A stretch of 64,000 bases of DNA, from the NCBI GenBank assembly GCA_028875655.1, contig JAPPCX010000069.1, positions 13,268-77,267 of the forward strand, written 5' to 3'. Under the pieces are notes generated by a model that did no database searches, was not told the DNA's origin, and worked only from the letters and a program-made list of their open reading frames with translations. A program made the position numbers and the translations under genes. The first letter of the stretch is position 1; each line of letters starts with the position of its first letter. Of the stretch, positions 47,070-55,710 are shown piece by piece. This DNA is from Chloroflexota bacterium (GTDB lineage: Bacteria; Chloroflexota; Dehalococcoidia; Lucifugimonadales; UBA3495).

Positions 47070-48272
47070 ATGACCAACTCAGCCGCTCCCCTCTCCGGCG
47101 TCCGCGTCGCCGACTTCTCCGTCCACGCCGCCGGGCCTTTCGCGGGCATGATCCTGGCGTCGTTGGGCGCGGACGTAATCAAGGTGGAGTCGGCGGCGCG
47201 GCTGGACATAACGCGCCGCCCTCACGCCATGTACGGCAAGCCGCCGTCGTCCTTCGAGCAAGTCAACGGCAGCAAGCGCTCCGTAACCCTCAACCTCAAG
47301 GAGCCGCGGGCGCTGGAGCTGGCCTACGACCTGGTGCGCATCTCCGACGTGGTGCTGGAGAACTTCCGGCCGGGCGTCATGGATCGCCTGGGCCTGGGCT
47401 ACCCGCAACTTCGTGAGATCAAACCCGACGTCATCATGGTGTCGCTGTCGTCCAACGGGCAGACCGGCCCGGAGGCCCGCTACGCCGGGTACGCCCCCAT
47501 GTTCGCTGCGCTGGGCGGCCTAGGCTACCTCACCGGCTACCCCGATGGGCCACCAGTGGAACTGCGCCACGCCATGGACCACACCGGGGGCATGATGGCC
47601 GCGTTTTCTGCCGTCGCCGCCCTGTGCGCTCACAGGAACCACCAGGTTGGGCAGCGCGCCGACGTTGCCGTCCGCGACATCGCCACGGCCTTCATGGGCC
47701 ACGCCCTCATGGACACCGCCATGAATCAAAGGGACGCGCAACGCATGGGCAATCGGGACGACGCCATGGCACCACACGGCGTGTTTCCCTGTCTAGGCGA
47801 AGACCAATGGATCACCATCACCGTGGCTAACGATACCGAGTGGGATGCTTTGAAGCAGGCAATGGGCAACCCCGCGTGGGCCGAATCCGACGACTACGGC
47901 GACGCATTCCAGCGCTGGCAAAACCAGGATGCTCTCGAAGCGCGCCTGTCCGAATGGACCGCCGCCCGCGACGCCTTTGAACTCACCGCGCTGTTGCAAG
48001 ACGCCGGCATCGCCGCTTTCCCATCGCTCTCCGCTGACCAGTTGATGGATGACCCGCACCTCGCGGCCCGCGAGGTGTTCCCGTTGACTACTGACCCGCA
48101 CCGTGGACAGCAACGCGCCGTCGCGCCGCCATGGCGTTTCTCTGAGACTCCCACCGACCCGTTGCGCTGGACGCCGGAACTTGGCCAGAGTAACCAGGAG
48201 GTATTCTGCGGCCTGCTGGGCATGGACGAAACTGAACTGCGCTCGCTACAGGATGCCCAGATCGTTTGGTAA
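47070..48272 (+). CDS. Family III CoA-transferase (CaiB/BaiF), paralog 4
   Basis: LSGVRVADFSVHAAGPFAGMILASLGADVIKVE. 400 aa. Confidence 0.85.
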   Translation: MTNSAAPLSGVRVADFSVHAAGPFAGMILASLGADVIKVESAARLDITRRPHAMYGKPPSSFEQVNGSKRSVTLNLKEPRALELAYDLVRISDVVLENFRPGVMDRLGLGYPQLREIKPDVIMVSLSSNGQTGPEARYAGYAPMFAALGGLGYLTGYPDGPPVELRHAMDHTGGMMAAFSAVAALCAHRNHQVGQRADVAVRDIATAFMGHALMDTAMNQRDAQRMGNRDDAMAPHGVFPCLGEDQWITITVANDTEWDALKQAMGNPAWAESDDYGDAFQRWQNQDALEARLSEWTAARDAFELTALLQDAGIAAFPSLSADQLMDDPHLAAREVFPLTTDPHRGQQRAVAPPWRFSETPTDPLRWTPELGQSNQEVFCGLLGMDETELRSLQDAQIVW

Positions 48273-48299
48273 CTTACCGGTTCCGCCAGGAGACAAACC

Positions 48300-49103
48300 G
48301 TGACCGATTACTCCTCATACGAACACCTGCTCATCGAAAAATCCGACGGCATCATCACCCTGACGATGAACCGTCCGGAAACCCTCAACTCCACCAACTT
48401 CAAGCTCCATAACGAGTTGAGCCGCATCTGGCTCGACATCGCCGCCGACCCCGAGGTCCGCGTCGCCGTCGTCACCGGCGCCGGCGAAGCCTTCTCCGCC
48501 GGCGGCGACTTTGAGATGATCGAGCAGGCCATCGACAACCCGGCCATCGTCGCCCAGAACACCAAAGAGGCCGGCGACATCGTCTATAACATCCTGAACC
48601 TTGACAAGCCGGTCATCTCCGCCATCAACGGCGTTGCCGTGGGCGCCGGCCTGGCCGTGGCCCTCATGGCCGACATCTCCATCGCCGCCGAAGACGCGCG
48701 CATTACCGACGGACACATCCGCCTCGGCGTCGCCGCCGGCGACCACGCCGCCATCATCTGGCCCCTGCTCTGCGGCATGGCCAAGGCCAAGTATTACCTG
48801 CTCACCTGCGACTTCCTCGACGGCAAAGAGGCCGAGCGCATCGGCCTCGTCAGCATGGCCGTGCCCCGCGACGAGCTCATGGAAACGGCAAACCGGATCG
48901 CCCGCCGCCTCGCCGACGGCCCCCAGCCGGCCATCCGCTTCACCAAGCGCGCCCTCAACCAGTGGCTCCGCCAGGCCGGCCACACCTCCTTCGACTACTC
49001 CCTCCTCGCGGAAGCCTTGGGCTTCTTCGGAGACGACGTCAAGGAAGGCCTCGCCGCTCTCCGCGAACGCCGCCGCCCCGAATACCCCTCCGCCTCTGCC
49101 TAG
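48300..49103 (+). CDS. Enoyl-CoA hydratase/isomerase (crotonase) family protein
   Basis: Oxyanion-hole region [19 protein letters not shown]. 267 aa. Confidence 0.85.
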   Translation: MTDYSSYEHLLIEKSDGIITLTMNRPETLNSTNFKLHNELSRIWLDIAADPEVRVAVVTGAGEAFSAGGDFEMIEQAIDNPAIVAQNTKEAGDIVYNILNLDKPVISAINGVAVGAGLAVALMADISIAAEDARITDGHIRLGVAAGDHAAIIWPLLCGMAKAKYYLLTCDFLDGKEAERIGLVSMAVPRDELMETANRIARRLADGPQPAIRFTKRALNQWLRQAGHTSFDYSLLAEALGFFGDDVKEGLAALRERRRPEYPSASA

Positions 49104-49109
49104 CCTTTT

Positions 49110-49136
49110 CCCGCTCACTGTGAGCCTGTCGAAGGG
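49110..49136 (-). repeat. Copy 3 (inverted) of the CCCTTCGACAGGCTC... dispersed repeat
   Basis: The reverse complement reads CCCTTCGACAGGCTCACAGTGAGCGGG. Confidence 0.55.
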
Positions 49137-49178
49137 CCGCCGCTCCCACTCACCCCATCATTCCCACCCCCACCCGTC

Positions 49179-49198
49179 ATTCCCGCGAAAGCGGGAAT
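49179..49198. repeat. Hairpin ATTCCCGC-GAAA-GCGGGAAT (REP-like element / possible terminator)
   Basis: Perfect 8-bp stem with a GAAA tetraloop, preceded by a half-copy (catcattccc). Confidence 0.6.
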
Positions 49199-49213
49199 CC
49201 AGAAAGCTCGATA

Positions 49214-49461
49214 ATGGGAACCTTCACCTACCCATTGGAAGTTATCTCCCGAGACGGGAGCCGTTCCGAAACGGTGGACGCCACGGTTGACACCGGTTCC
49301 ACTTACACCTGCCTGCCGGCGACTTTGCTGTGTGAGTTCGGCATAGTTCCCCTACCGCCGTATCCGATCGGAACTGCCGGACGGCAGCACCGCAGATGAC
49401 GACGCAGGTCAAGCGTATGTCCGCCGTTCAGCATATCCACCACCGCACAGATGGCGAACAT
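49214..49461 (+). pseudogene. Frameshifted or truncated retropepsin-like aspartyl protease gene
   Basis: MGTFTYPLEVISRDGSRSETVDATVDTGSTYTCLPATLL carries the D-T-G-S active site. The expected continuation (RRIRSELPDGSTADDDAGQAYVR) is in another frame after about 49355. Confidence 0.55.
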
Positions 49462-50229
49462 TCAGCAAGCACGGATTAGTTCCATAAACACGCTCTTGTC
49501 CGCCACCTTCACCATTCCTACCGGTTGCTCATAGGAAAGGTTCACCTCCGGCCATAGTGCTCCGTCCTTGTCTATCTCGAACTGGCGTTTGGCATACCCG
49601 ATGACTACCCCTGTTATAGCCCAATTTCCGCTACTTAACGGTGTTGTTGGACGCGACGGGTCAGGCCACGTTGGAAAGACCACTGGCCCACCCGAAAAAC
49701 CAATGGCTACACTGCCCCAATAATACCGCGGATTTCCCCCACCGTAGAATGTTGTTGGTGCGGCCATGGGCATAGGATATGATGGGGCGTCGCCTTCAGG
49801 CTCTAGTCTTCCAAATATGTCAGTGCCGTAATCCATTGGGAAACCAAGTGCGTACCCTGTCTGCCCGAACGTTATCTTCCCAGTCTCGATCTGAATTTCT
49901 GTTGGGGGACAAAGTTGTCGGTCTGCGGCCAACACGGCCACGTCATTATCCTCATCCTTGCCGATAGTTTTCCAGTTGAATGTCGAGTCCCAACCTTCCA
50001 TAAGAATCTGCGGTTTGTATTGGCTCGCCTTGGCCACATGGTTTGCAGTGACCAAATACTGCTCGCCGTCAATTTCTACCGCAAACCCGGTACCACAAAT
50101 CTTACCGTTTTGCCCCAAGCAAAAAACTCGCGACAGCAGATTCACAGTCACGTAGGGCATAATCAAATGTAAGGCGTTCTCTCTGATGTTGAGCATGGTT
50201 CCTCCAGTAGTATCCCTGGCTTTTGGCAC
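49462..50229 (-). CDS. Trypsin-like (S1/Trypsin_2-type) serine protease without a signal peptide
   Basis: Catalytic triad contexts TANHV (His), DNDVAVL (Asp) and GFSGGPV (Ser). Lower-GC islet. An alternative start is M12 at 50196. Confidence 0.7.
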   Translation of the reverse strand: MPKARDTTGGTMLNIRENALHLIMPYVTVNLLSRVFCLGQNGKICGTGFAVEIDGEQYLVTANHVAKASQYKPQILMEGWDSTFNWKTIGKDEDNDVAVLAADRQLCPPTEIQIETGKITFGQTGYALGFPMDYGTDIFGRLEPEGDAPSYPMPMAAPTTFYGGGNPRYYWGSVAIGFSGGPVVFPTWPDPSRPTTPLSSGNWAITGVVIGYAKRQFEIDKDGALWPEVNLSYEQPVGMVKVADKSVFMELIRAC

Positions 50230-50506
50230 ATCCGCCGTAGGCTCATTATATGCAATGGCCCCGTTGCGTGAATGTCCGGGTCGTTGAAACGACGGGGGTG
50301 GGGTGGTAGTGTTCTAGAAAGTTGGCCAGCGTCTCTCTAGCTAGGTTGGGCGTGCCGAAGCCGGATATGTTCATCTTGGCCCATTGGTCAGAGCCCATAG
50401 ACTGGGCGTCCGCTATGCCCACAACCTCCTCCCATCAAGCCATCCGCCCCGCCTGCTCGCCGAACTACCGCCCAAACAGCCCCGTCGGCACCCCACTCCT
50501 TGCCAA

Positions 50507-50908
50507 TCAAGCAAGCGCCAACCCCAAATCCCGCGCCGCCGTTTCCTGTTGCTCGTCCAGCGTTACAAAAACCAGGTCAGGAACCAGTTCGGCGAAGAAC
50601 AGGGCGGTGGCTAGATGCCACAGCCGGATAGGTTCCAGTTGCGCGACTCGCAAGACCGTCGCCATTTCAGCATCCAGGCGACGGTTCGGCATAATCCAGC
50701 GGATGCTGGACAGCACGGCATCGTCAAACTCTCGCCCTTCCAGCGCGAAAACGACGCGCATCTCCGCTTCCAGCAGATTAGCGGACAGTAGATAGCGGAA
50801 ACTTTCCAGCTTCCGCCGTATGGATGTTGTTACCGGCTCCTCTCCGGCAATCAGCGGGGTGAGCGCGGTGGTATCGACATAGGCGGCGGCAAGTAGCGGC
50901 GTTGTCAT
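50507..50908 (-). CDS. vapC: PIN-domain VapC-like toxin
   Basis: 133 aa with YVDTTAL (Asp1), LLEAE (Glu), WHLATAL and VTLDEQQETAARDLG (Asp4). Confidence 0.7.
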   Translation of the reverse strand: MTTPLLAAAYVDTTALTPLIAGEEPVTTSIRRKLESFRYLLSANLLEAEMRVVFALEGREFDDAVLSSIRWIMPNRRLDAEMATVLRVAQLEPIRLWHLATALFFAELVPDLVFVTLDEQQETAARDLGLALA

Positions 50909-50914
50909 GGTAGG

Positions 50915-51112
50915 CTAGCTTCTGTCTCGTCGCTCCAGCAACCGCTTCAGGGCGCCGGGAATGTATGCGATGGGGCGCAGTGATTCCCGCGGCCCCTCCC
51001 CCCCAATCAAGACACCCTGCGCGTGCAGCTCGGCAATGCGCCGGTCCAAGTCGTCGGGTTCCGATGCCGCGGTTGTGGTATCTTTGCGGCCATCAATGTT
51101 TTCGGTGTCCAT
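50915..51112 (-). CDS. Putative VapB-type antitoxin (65 aa)
   Basis: The ATG at 51112 gives MDTENIDGRKD...IAELHAQGVLIGGEG...ALKRLLERRDRS. It ends 6 nt before the vapC start. Confidence 0.5.
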   Translation of the reverse strand: MDTENIDGRKDTTTAASEPDDLDRRIAELHAQGVLIGGEGPRESLRPIAYIPGALKRLLERRDRS

Positions 51113-51215
51113 AGCCGTTATCTCCCATCCTTTGTGCTCAAATTGTATCCCTTGCCTGCGGGCATTACAATCTCGCCGGAAAATCACCCCCCTGACCAAC
51201 CAGGTGAACCAACCC

Positions 51216-52145
51216 ATGTACCCACCCCACATCTTCGCCGACAACCCCATCAACCGCGGCGAGGTCGAACGCCGCGACGAGGACTGGATCATCCAACAGT
51301 CCCAGGAACCCCGCAGCAAGTTCCTGCCCTTCCGTAACCTCAATGTACTGCTCACTGACGACTCCCCGCCGGAGTTGGGCTGGCTGTCCGCGCAACAGGC
51401 GCAGCCGCTGCCGGCCAGCGCCGAGTGGATCTTCCTCGGTCTTCTGGATGGCGTCGCCCACTTTGCCTACGACCTCTCCAAGAACTCCGCCGTAGCCGAG
51501 CAGGTCCTGGACGCCACCGGCTGGCATTTCGAGGATTGCCGCACCGCCGGCGAAACCATGTCCGGCCCCAACACGGGTATGCTCTCCCAGGCCCGCGCCC
51601 AACTGGACTGGAACCTCCGCCACGGCTTCTGCTCCGTCTGCGGCCACCCCACCGACAAGGGACGTGGTGGGCAGGTGCGCCAGTGTCCCGCGTGCAGTGC
51701 CCAGCATTTCCCCCGCACCGACCCGGTGGTCATCACCGTCGTCGCCGACACCGACGGCGACCGCTGCCTGCTGGGCCAATCCCGCGGACGCCTGCAACGG
51801 ATGCGTGCCTACTCTGCCCTGGCCGGGTTCATGGATCAGGGCGAGTGCATCGAGGAAGCCGTGGCCCGCGAGGTCATGGAGGAAGCCGGCATCCGGGTCA
51901 AGAATGTCCGCTACCACTCGTCGCAACCCTGGCCTTTCCCGTCGTCCCTGATGATCGGCTGCATCGCCGAAGCCGACACCACCAACATCAACATGGACAA
52001 CGAGGAGATGACCGACGTCAAGTGGTTCACCCGCGCTGAGGTCCTTAAAGCCCTGGAAGGCCGCAGCGAGGAGCTGACGGTGCCGGGTCCCATTGCCATC
52101 GCCCACCACCTCATCAAGGCTTGGGCCACCGGCGAAACGCCCTGA
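51216..52145 (+). CDS. nudC: NAD(+)/NADH diphosphatase NudC (Nudix with zinc ribbon)
   Basis: Zinc ribbon CSVCGHPT...CPACSAQHFPRTDP and Nudix box GFMDQGECIEEAVAREVMEEAGI. Start refined to MYPPHIF. Confidence 0.85.
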   Translation: MYPPHIFADNPINRGEVERRDEDWIIQQSQEPRSKFLPFRNLNVLLTDDSPPELGWLSAQQAQPLPASAEWIFLGLLDGVAHFAYDLSKNSAVAEQVLDATGWHFEDCRTAGETMSGPNTGMLSQARAQLDWNLRHGFCSVCGHPTDKGRGGQVRQCPACSAQHFPRTDPVVITVVADTDGDRCLLGQSRGRLQRMRAYSALAGFMDQGECIEEAVAREVMEEAGIRVKNVRYHSSQPWPFPSSLMIGCIAEADTTNINMDNEEMTDVKWFTRAEVLKALEGRSEELTVPGPIAIAHHLIKAWATGETP

Positions 52146-52265
52146 TTCGCTGTTTCCGTCGATCGGATAGGCAACAAGGCCGGACGGTGTGACGCTGGCC
52201 CTGTTGCGCCATCCTGCCGCCATTTCGTACGCTGGACTTATCCTGCAACGGAGGCGCGCCGCCAT

Positions 52266-52934
52266 TTGACCGCTATTCACCCTTACACCGACAGTTCCCT
52301 AGTGGTAGACCTTGACGAACCATCTGGGCAATTCCCGTATGTGCACTACCCACCCTACTCCGGTTCGTATCTGCGCGATTTCCTCGCGCACCTGAACAGC
52401 AGATTCGGCGGCGACGTCGCATCCGCTGTGCCCTCCCTGGGCGAGCCGGGTCTCTACGCGCTGAGCGCGGCCCTCGCGCTCGGCCTCCATGTGGGTCAGT
52501 TCGAGGCCGGCGACAACCTGTGCGACGCGCTCGTTGCCGAACTGCGCTGGAGGAACTGCAAGGGGATGGGAACGCAGCCCCGGGGTTCGGTGCGTCGCGG
52601 GCGTCTGATCCAGATAGCAGCCAGCTGTACGACGCTGACCGTGGCCGGAGCCTCCCATTTGCAGCGGCACAACCTGGCGGGAAATTGCCCATTCTGCCGC
52701 GCTGCCGATTTCCGGGTTTTCCTGCCCGCGGTGCGTTGGCGCTGTTTTGCGTGCGGACGGCAGGGCGGGCTGCTGGAATTCGCCGAGAGCCTGCTGCACA
52801 CCGGCGCAGGCTACCGGCCGGACTCAACCCACAGCCGGTACTCTGCCGATTCCATGGTAGCCGGAGCCAGCGGCGCGACCGCCACCACCAGCCTCTCGTC
52901 TGACGATGTTTGCACCGGAACCGACCCAACGTAG
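52266..52934 (+). CDS. Hypothetical protein with a primase-type (CHC2-like) zinc finger; possibly a gene remnant
   Basis: NCPFCRAADFRVFLPAVRWRCFACGRQGGLLEF resembles the DnaG/phage-primase zinc-binding motif. TTG start. The 3' end overlaps the convergent peptidase gene by about 124 nt. Confidence 0.35.
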   Translation: MTAIHPYTDSSLVVDLDEPSGQFPYVHYPPYSGSYLRDFLAHLNSRFGGDVASAVPSLGEPGLYALSAALALGLHVGQFEAGDNLCDALVAELRWRNCKGMGTQPRGSVRRGRLIQIAASCTTLTVAGASHLQRHNLAGNCPFCRAADFRVFLPAVRWRCFACGRQGGLLEFAESLLHTGAGYRPDSTHSRYSADSMVAGASGATATTSLSSDDVCTGTDPT

Positions 52935-54928
52935 CGGTCGTTCTCGGCATCCCATCGCAACGTTATCCGTGTGGCCGGCGATTCCAAGGCATCGCTCAGG
53001 ACCCAGACAATCCAGTCCTGCCGAACTCGGTTGTTGACCGGCACGAATCCATCCGCCACCCAATTATTCGCGTGGGCGTCGGATTCGTCGCCTGAAACGC
53101 GCATCGCCTGCAAACACATTCCCGGCCCGTTGATGGCATCGTCGGTAACGTAGTGGAACCTTACCAACGCGTTCTGGCCGGCGTATGCCGCCAGCGAGGC
53201 CTCCCCGTACTGCCAACCATCCGACGCGCCCGTGTAGCCAAACCCGTAGCTGTTTCCCACCGGGTTGGCGTCCGTTGTGCCCGTTGCCCGCAGCACCTCC
53301 CAGGTTTCTCCATCGTCCACGGATGCCGACACGTAAAGGTAGTCCCATTCCTCCTCGATGTTGTGCCAGTAGCGGTAGGTAAGCCTGGGCTGGGACCCAT
53401 CCGCCGCCGGCGCCGGGACCGTCAACCGCCGTGTCAAGGTCGCGGAGATTGAGTCGCCCCGATTGCTCCACCAGCATACGCCGTCCACTTCCGTCGGCAG
53501 CAACGGCGTCGTGGCGGAACCCTCAAAATGCACGGTCGCGTTCCCTGGCGCGTCCTGAATCTCGACGTAATCGATGCCGTACTGAGCCAGCGATTCCACA
53601 GGTCCTTCATCGTCCGCCGGCTGCCGCCGGGTGATGGACGCCTGCACATCCAGGTTCCGGTATCCGTGGGGGCCGGACTCCAGGTCTTGGCGGTTCGCCA
53701 CCATCCAGTCCGCGAACACCGTAGCAAAATCAACCGGCTGGCCGTGGGCGGTTGTCGCTCCCCGTTGGGTCAAAAACTCATCGACGGCGGCGATCCCGTC
53801 GCTTTGAATCGCCAGCAGGTCCTGTAGTCCTCCCTCCGGCGCGTATTTTTCCCGCAGATAGTGGGCGAACAGCGCGGCCGCCCCGTAGTTCAAGCCCACG
53901 TCGGCTTCCAGGTGGTCGGGCCAGTTGACCAGCGACGCATCGGGTCGGCGCAGGTAGCGGTAGATGCTTCTGGCCTGGTACCCGGCTTCCGTCACCGCCA
54001 GTTCGGAGAGTCCTTCGTTCAACCAGGTGGCCTCGGATTCGTCGGCCTCCTGGTGAATTACGTGCTGCAATTCGTGCGCCAGTATGTTCAGGAATCCGGC
54101 GTCGCCGTAGGCCGCTGCACGCGTATTGATGTAGATGGCCGACACCTCGTTGCTGTACGGGCTGACGCTGGATGGATAGCGGTCGCTTCCGGATACATAA
54201 CCGCCAACGCCGGGAATCCGCCCGCTGATGACGTGTACCCGGTCCGGTTCGTCGCCACTGGCGAATACGGCTTCGACCCATGGAAAGACCCGACCCTCAG
54301 CCTCAGCTACGGTGTCGGACAACGCTTCGTCCTCTACGGATACGGCGTCGGCGATCCACCAGTAAGCGTTGTCCGAAATAGCGAGCAGGCGGAACCGGTT
54401 GTTCACCATCGTGCGCCGTGGGTAGTCCAGCGTCCAGAAGTCGCGGACATCGCCGACCCGCCAGCCGTCGTTGCCCGGTTGCCCGGTCGCCGGCGGCTCA
54501 GCGCCTTGCCACCGCATTTGTTGAGCCAGGAGCCAGAGGTCGCGCGGGGGTGGAACCGGAAAGTCGCTGGCCGTCATTGCGCGTTCCGGTGATTGATCCT
54601 GGCGTGATTCGCTTTCGCCGCTCTGATTGGCGCGTCCGGCCGGGCGTGCCGGCGCGGTGTCAGATTCGGGAGTAGCGGTCATTACGACGGTGGACGAGGG
54701 AGTCCCTGTGGCCGGGATTCTGGTAGCCTCGTCCGCAGGGATAGTGGTCGCCGCGGGAGCGTATTGCACGTCGCCGGCCGGGTGGTCTGCAGCGCACCCG
54801 ATCCCTATCCACAGCAACGCCAGAAGCACGAACAGGGTCGCCAGCCGGGGCCGCAAAGCGATCAGCGGTCCGTGGCCTCCATTGCTATGGCTCGGGGCTG
54901 GGTGGCTGCTCATTCGTGTCCGGTTCAT
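52811..54928 (-). CDS. Secreted or lipoprotein gluzincin (MA-clan, M1-like HExxH...E) metallopeptidase
   Basis: Lipobox-like IGIGC, then LAHELQHVIHQEADESEATWLNEGLSE (HExxH plus a downstream NEG-type Glu). 705 aa. Confidence 0.7.
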   Translation of the reverse strand: MNRTRMSSHPAPSHSNGGHGPLIALRPRLATLFVLLALLWIGIGCAADHPAGDVQYAPAATTIPADEATRIPATGTPSSTVVMTATPESDTAPARPAGRANQSGESESRQDQSPERAMTASDFPVPPPRDLWLLAQQMRWQGAEPPATGQPGNDGWRVGDVRDFWTLDYPRRTMVNNRFRLLAISDNAYWWIADAVSVEDEALSDTVAEAEGRVFPWVEAVFASGDEPDRVHVISGRIPGVGGYVSGSDRYPSSVSPYSNEVSAIYINTRAAAYGDAGFLNILAHELQHVIHQEADESEATWLNEGLSELAVTEAGYQARSIYRYLRRPDASLVNWPDHLEADVGLNYGAAALFAHYLREKYAPEGGLQDLLAIQSDGIAAVDEFLTQRGATTAHGQPVDFATVFADWMVANRQDLESGPHGYRNLDVQASITRRQPADDEGPVESLAQYGIDYVEIQDAPGNATVHFEGSATTPLLPTEVDGVCWWSNRGDSISATLTRRLTVPAPAADGSQPRLTYRYWHNIEEEWDYLYVSASVDDGETWEVLRATGTTDANPVGNSYGFGYTGASDGWQYGEASLAAYAGQNALVRFHYVTDDAINGPGMCLQAMRVSGDESDAHANNWVADGFVPVNNRVRQDWIVWVLSDALESPATRITLRWDAENDRYVGSVPVQTSSDERLVVAVAPLAPATMESAEYRLWVESGR

Positions 54929-55523
54929 CCCGGCGCGGATCGGTATTGTAGCGGTTCATTGCTATATTGATGCCTTCGGACAACAGACATTCCACCGCCT
55001 CGGCTGCTCTGAAGATGGCATCGGCCACCGCCGGAGTCTCCTCGTCCGAAAAACGGCCCAGCACGTGGTCAACGCTGCCCGACATGCCGGGCCCTCCGAT
55101 GCCAATGCGCAGTCTAGGAAAATCTACTGTATGCACCGCTCGTATGATGTCCTTGATGCCGTTGTGCCCGGCGTCGGAGCCGTGCGCGCGCAGGCGAATC
55201 CGGCCCACCGGCAGCGCCATTTCGTCGTAAATCACCACCAGGTCCGCCGGCCGGCCGCCGAACCTCGCCAACAGATACGCCACCGACTCGCCGGACAGAT
55301 TCATGAACGTCCGCGGCTTGGCCAGCACCACCGGCTTCCCGTCCCGGTATCCCTGCCCCAGCGCCGTGGTCCGACGACGGTCGCTGATGGCAATCCCCCA
55401 GCGCTGCGCCAGCAGGTCAACGCAGCCGAACCCCACGTTGTGACGGGTATCCCGATAACGAGGGCCTGGATTCCCCAAGCCCAGGATGATTCGGGTAGGT
55501 ATGCGTTCCTGCTCCTGTTCCAT
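54885..55523 (-). CDS. pth: Peptidyl-tRNA hydrolase
   Basis: Start refined to MEQEQERIPTRIILGLGNPGPRYRDTRHNVGF. Confidence 0.9.
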   Translation of the reverse strand: MEQEQERIPTRIILGLGNPGPRYRDTRHNVGFGCVDLLAQRWGIAISDRRRTTALGQGYRDGKPVVLAKPRTFMNLSGESVAYLLARFGGRPADLVVIYDEMALPVGRIRLRAHGSDAGHNGIKDIIRAVHTVDFPRLRIGIGGPGMSGSVDHVLGRFSDEETPAVADAIFRAAEAVECLLSEGINIAMNRYNTDPRRDEPDTNEQPPSPEP

Positions 55524-55710
55524 GACCAACTCGGCCAACAAGGTTGCCACGACACCGCGCCGTTGACAAGGGCGATAGCGCCGGCGTGACGCGGCTCCCG
55601 CGCTTTTACAGCATAGGTCGTTCCTGATATAGTTTCGCAGCGTACTTGGCGCACTCTCCCCGGCCCAAGCCGGGGGTTTTATTTCCAACACGTAGCCTGT
55701 TCGTGCTTTC

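Noticed and set aside
50230-50506. A 50-codon minus-strand ORF (MGSDQWAKMNISGFGTPNLARETLANFLEHYH...) as a possible transposase or integrase remnant in the 277-nt spacer.
   Set aside because: It has no recognisable catalytic or family motif and no RBS. The resemblance to integrase C-termini is superficial.
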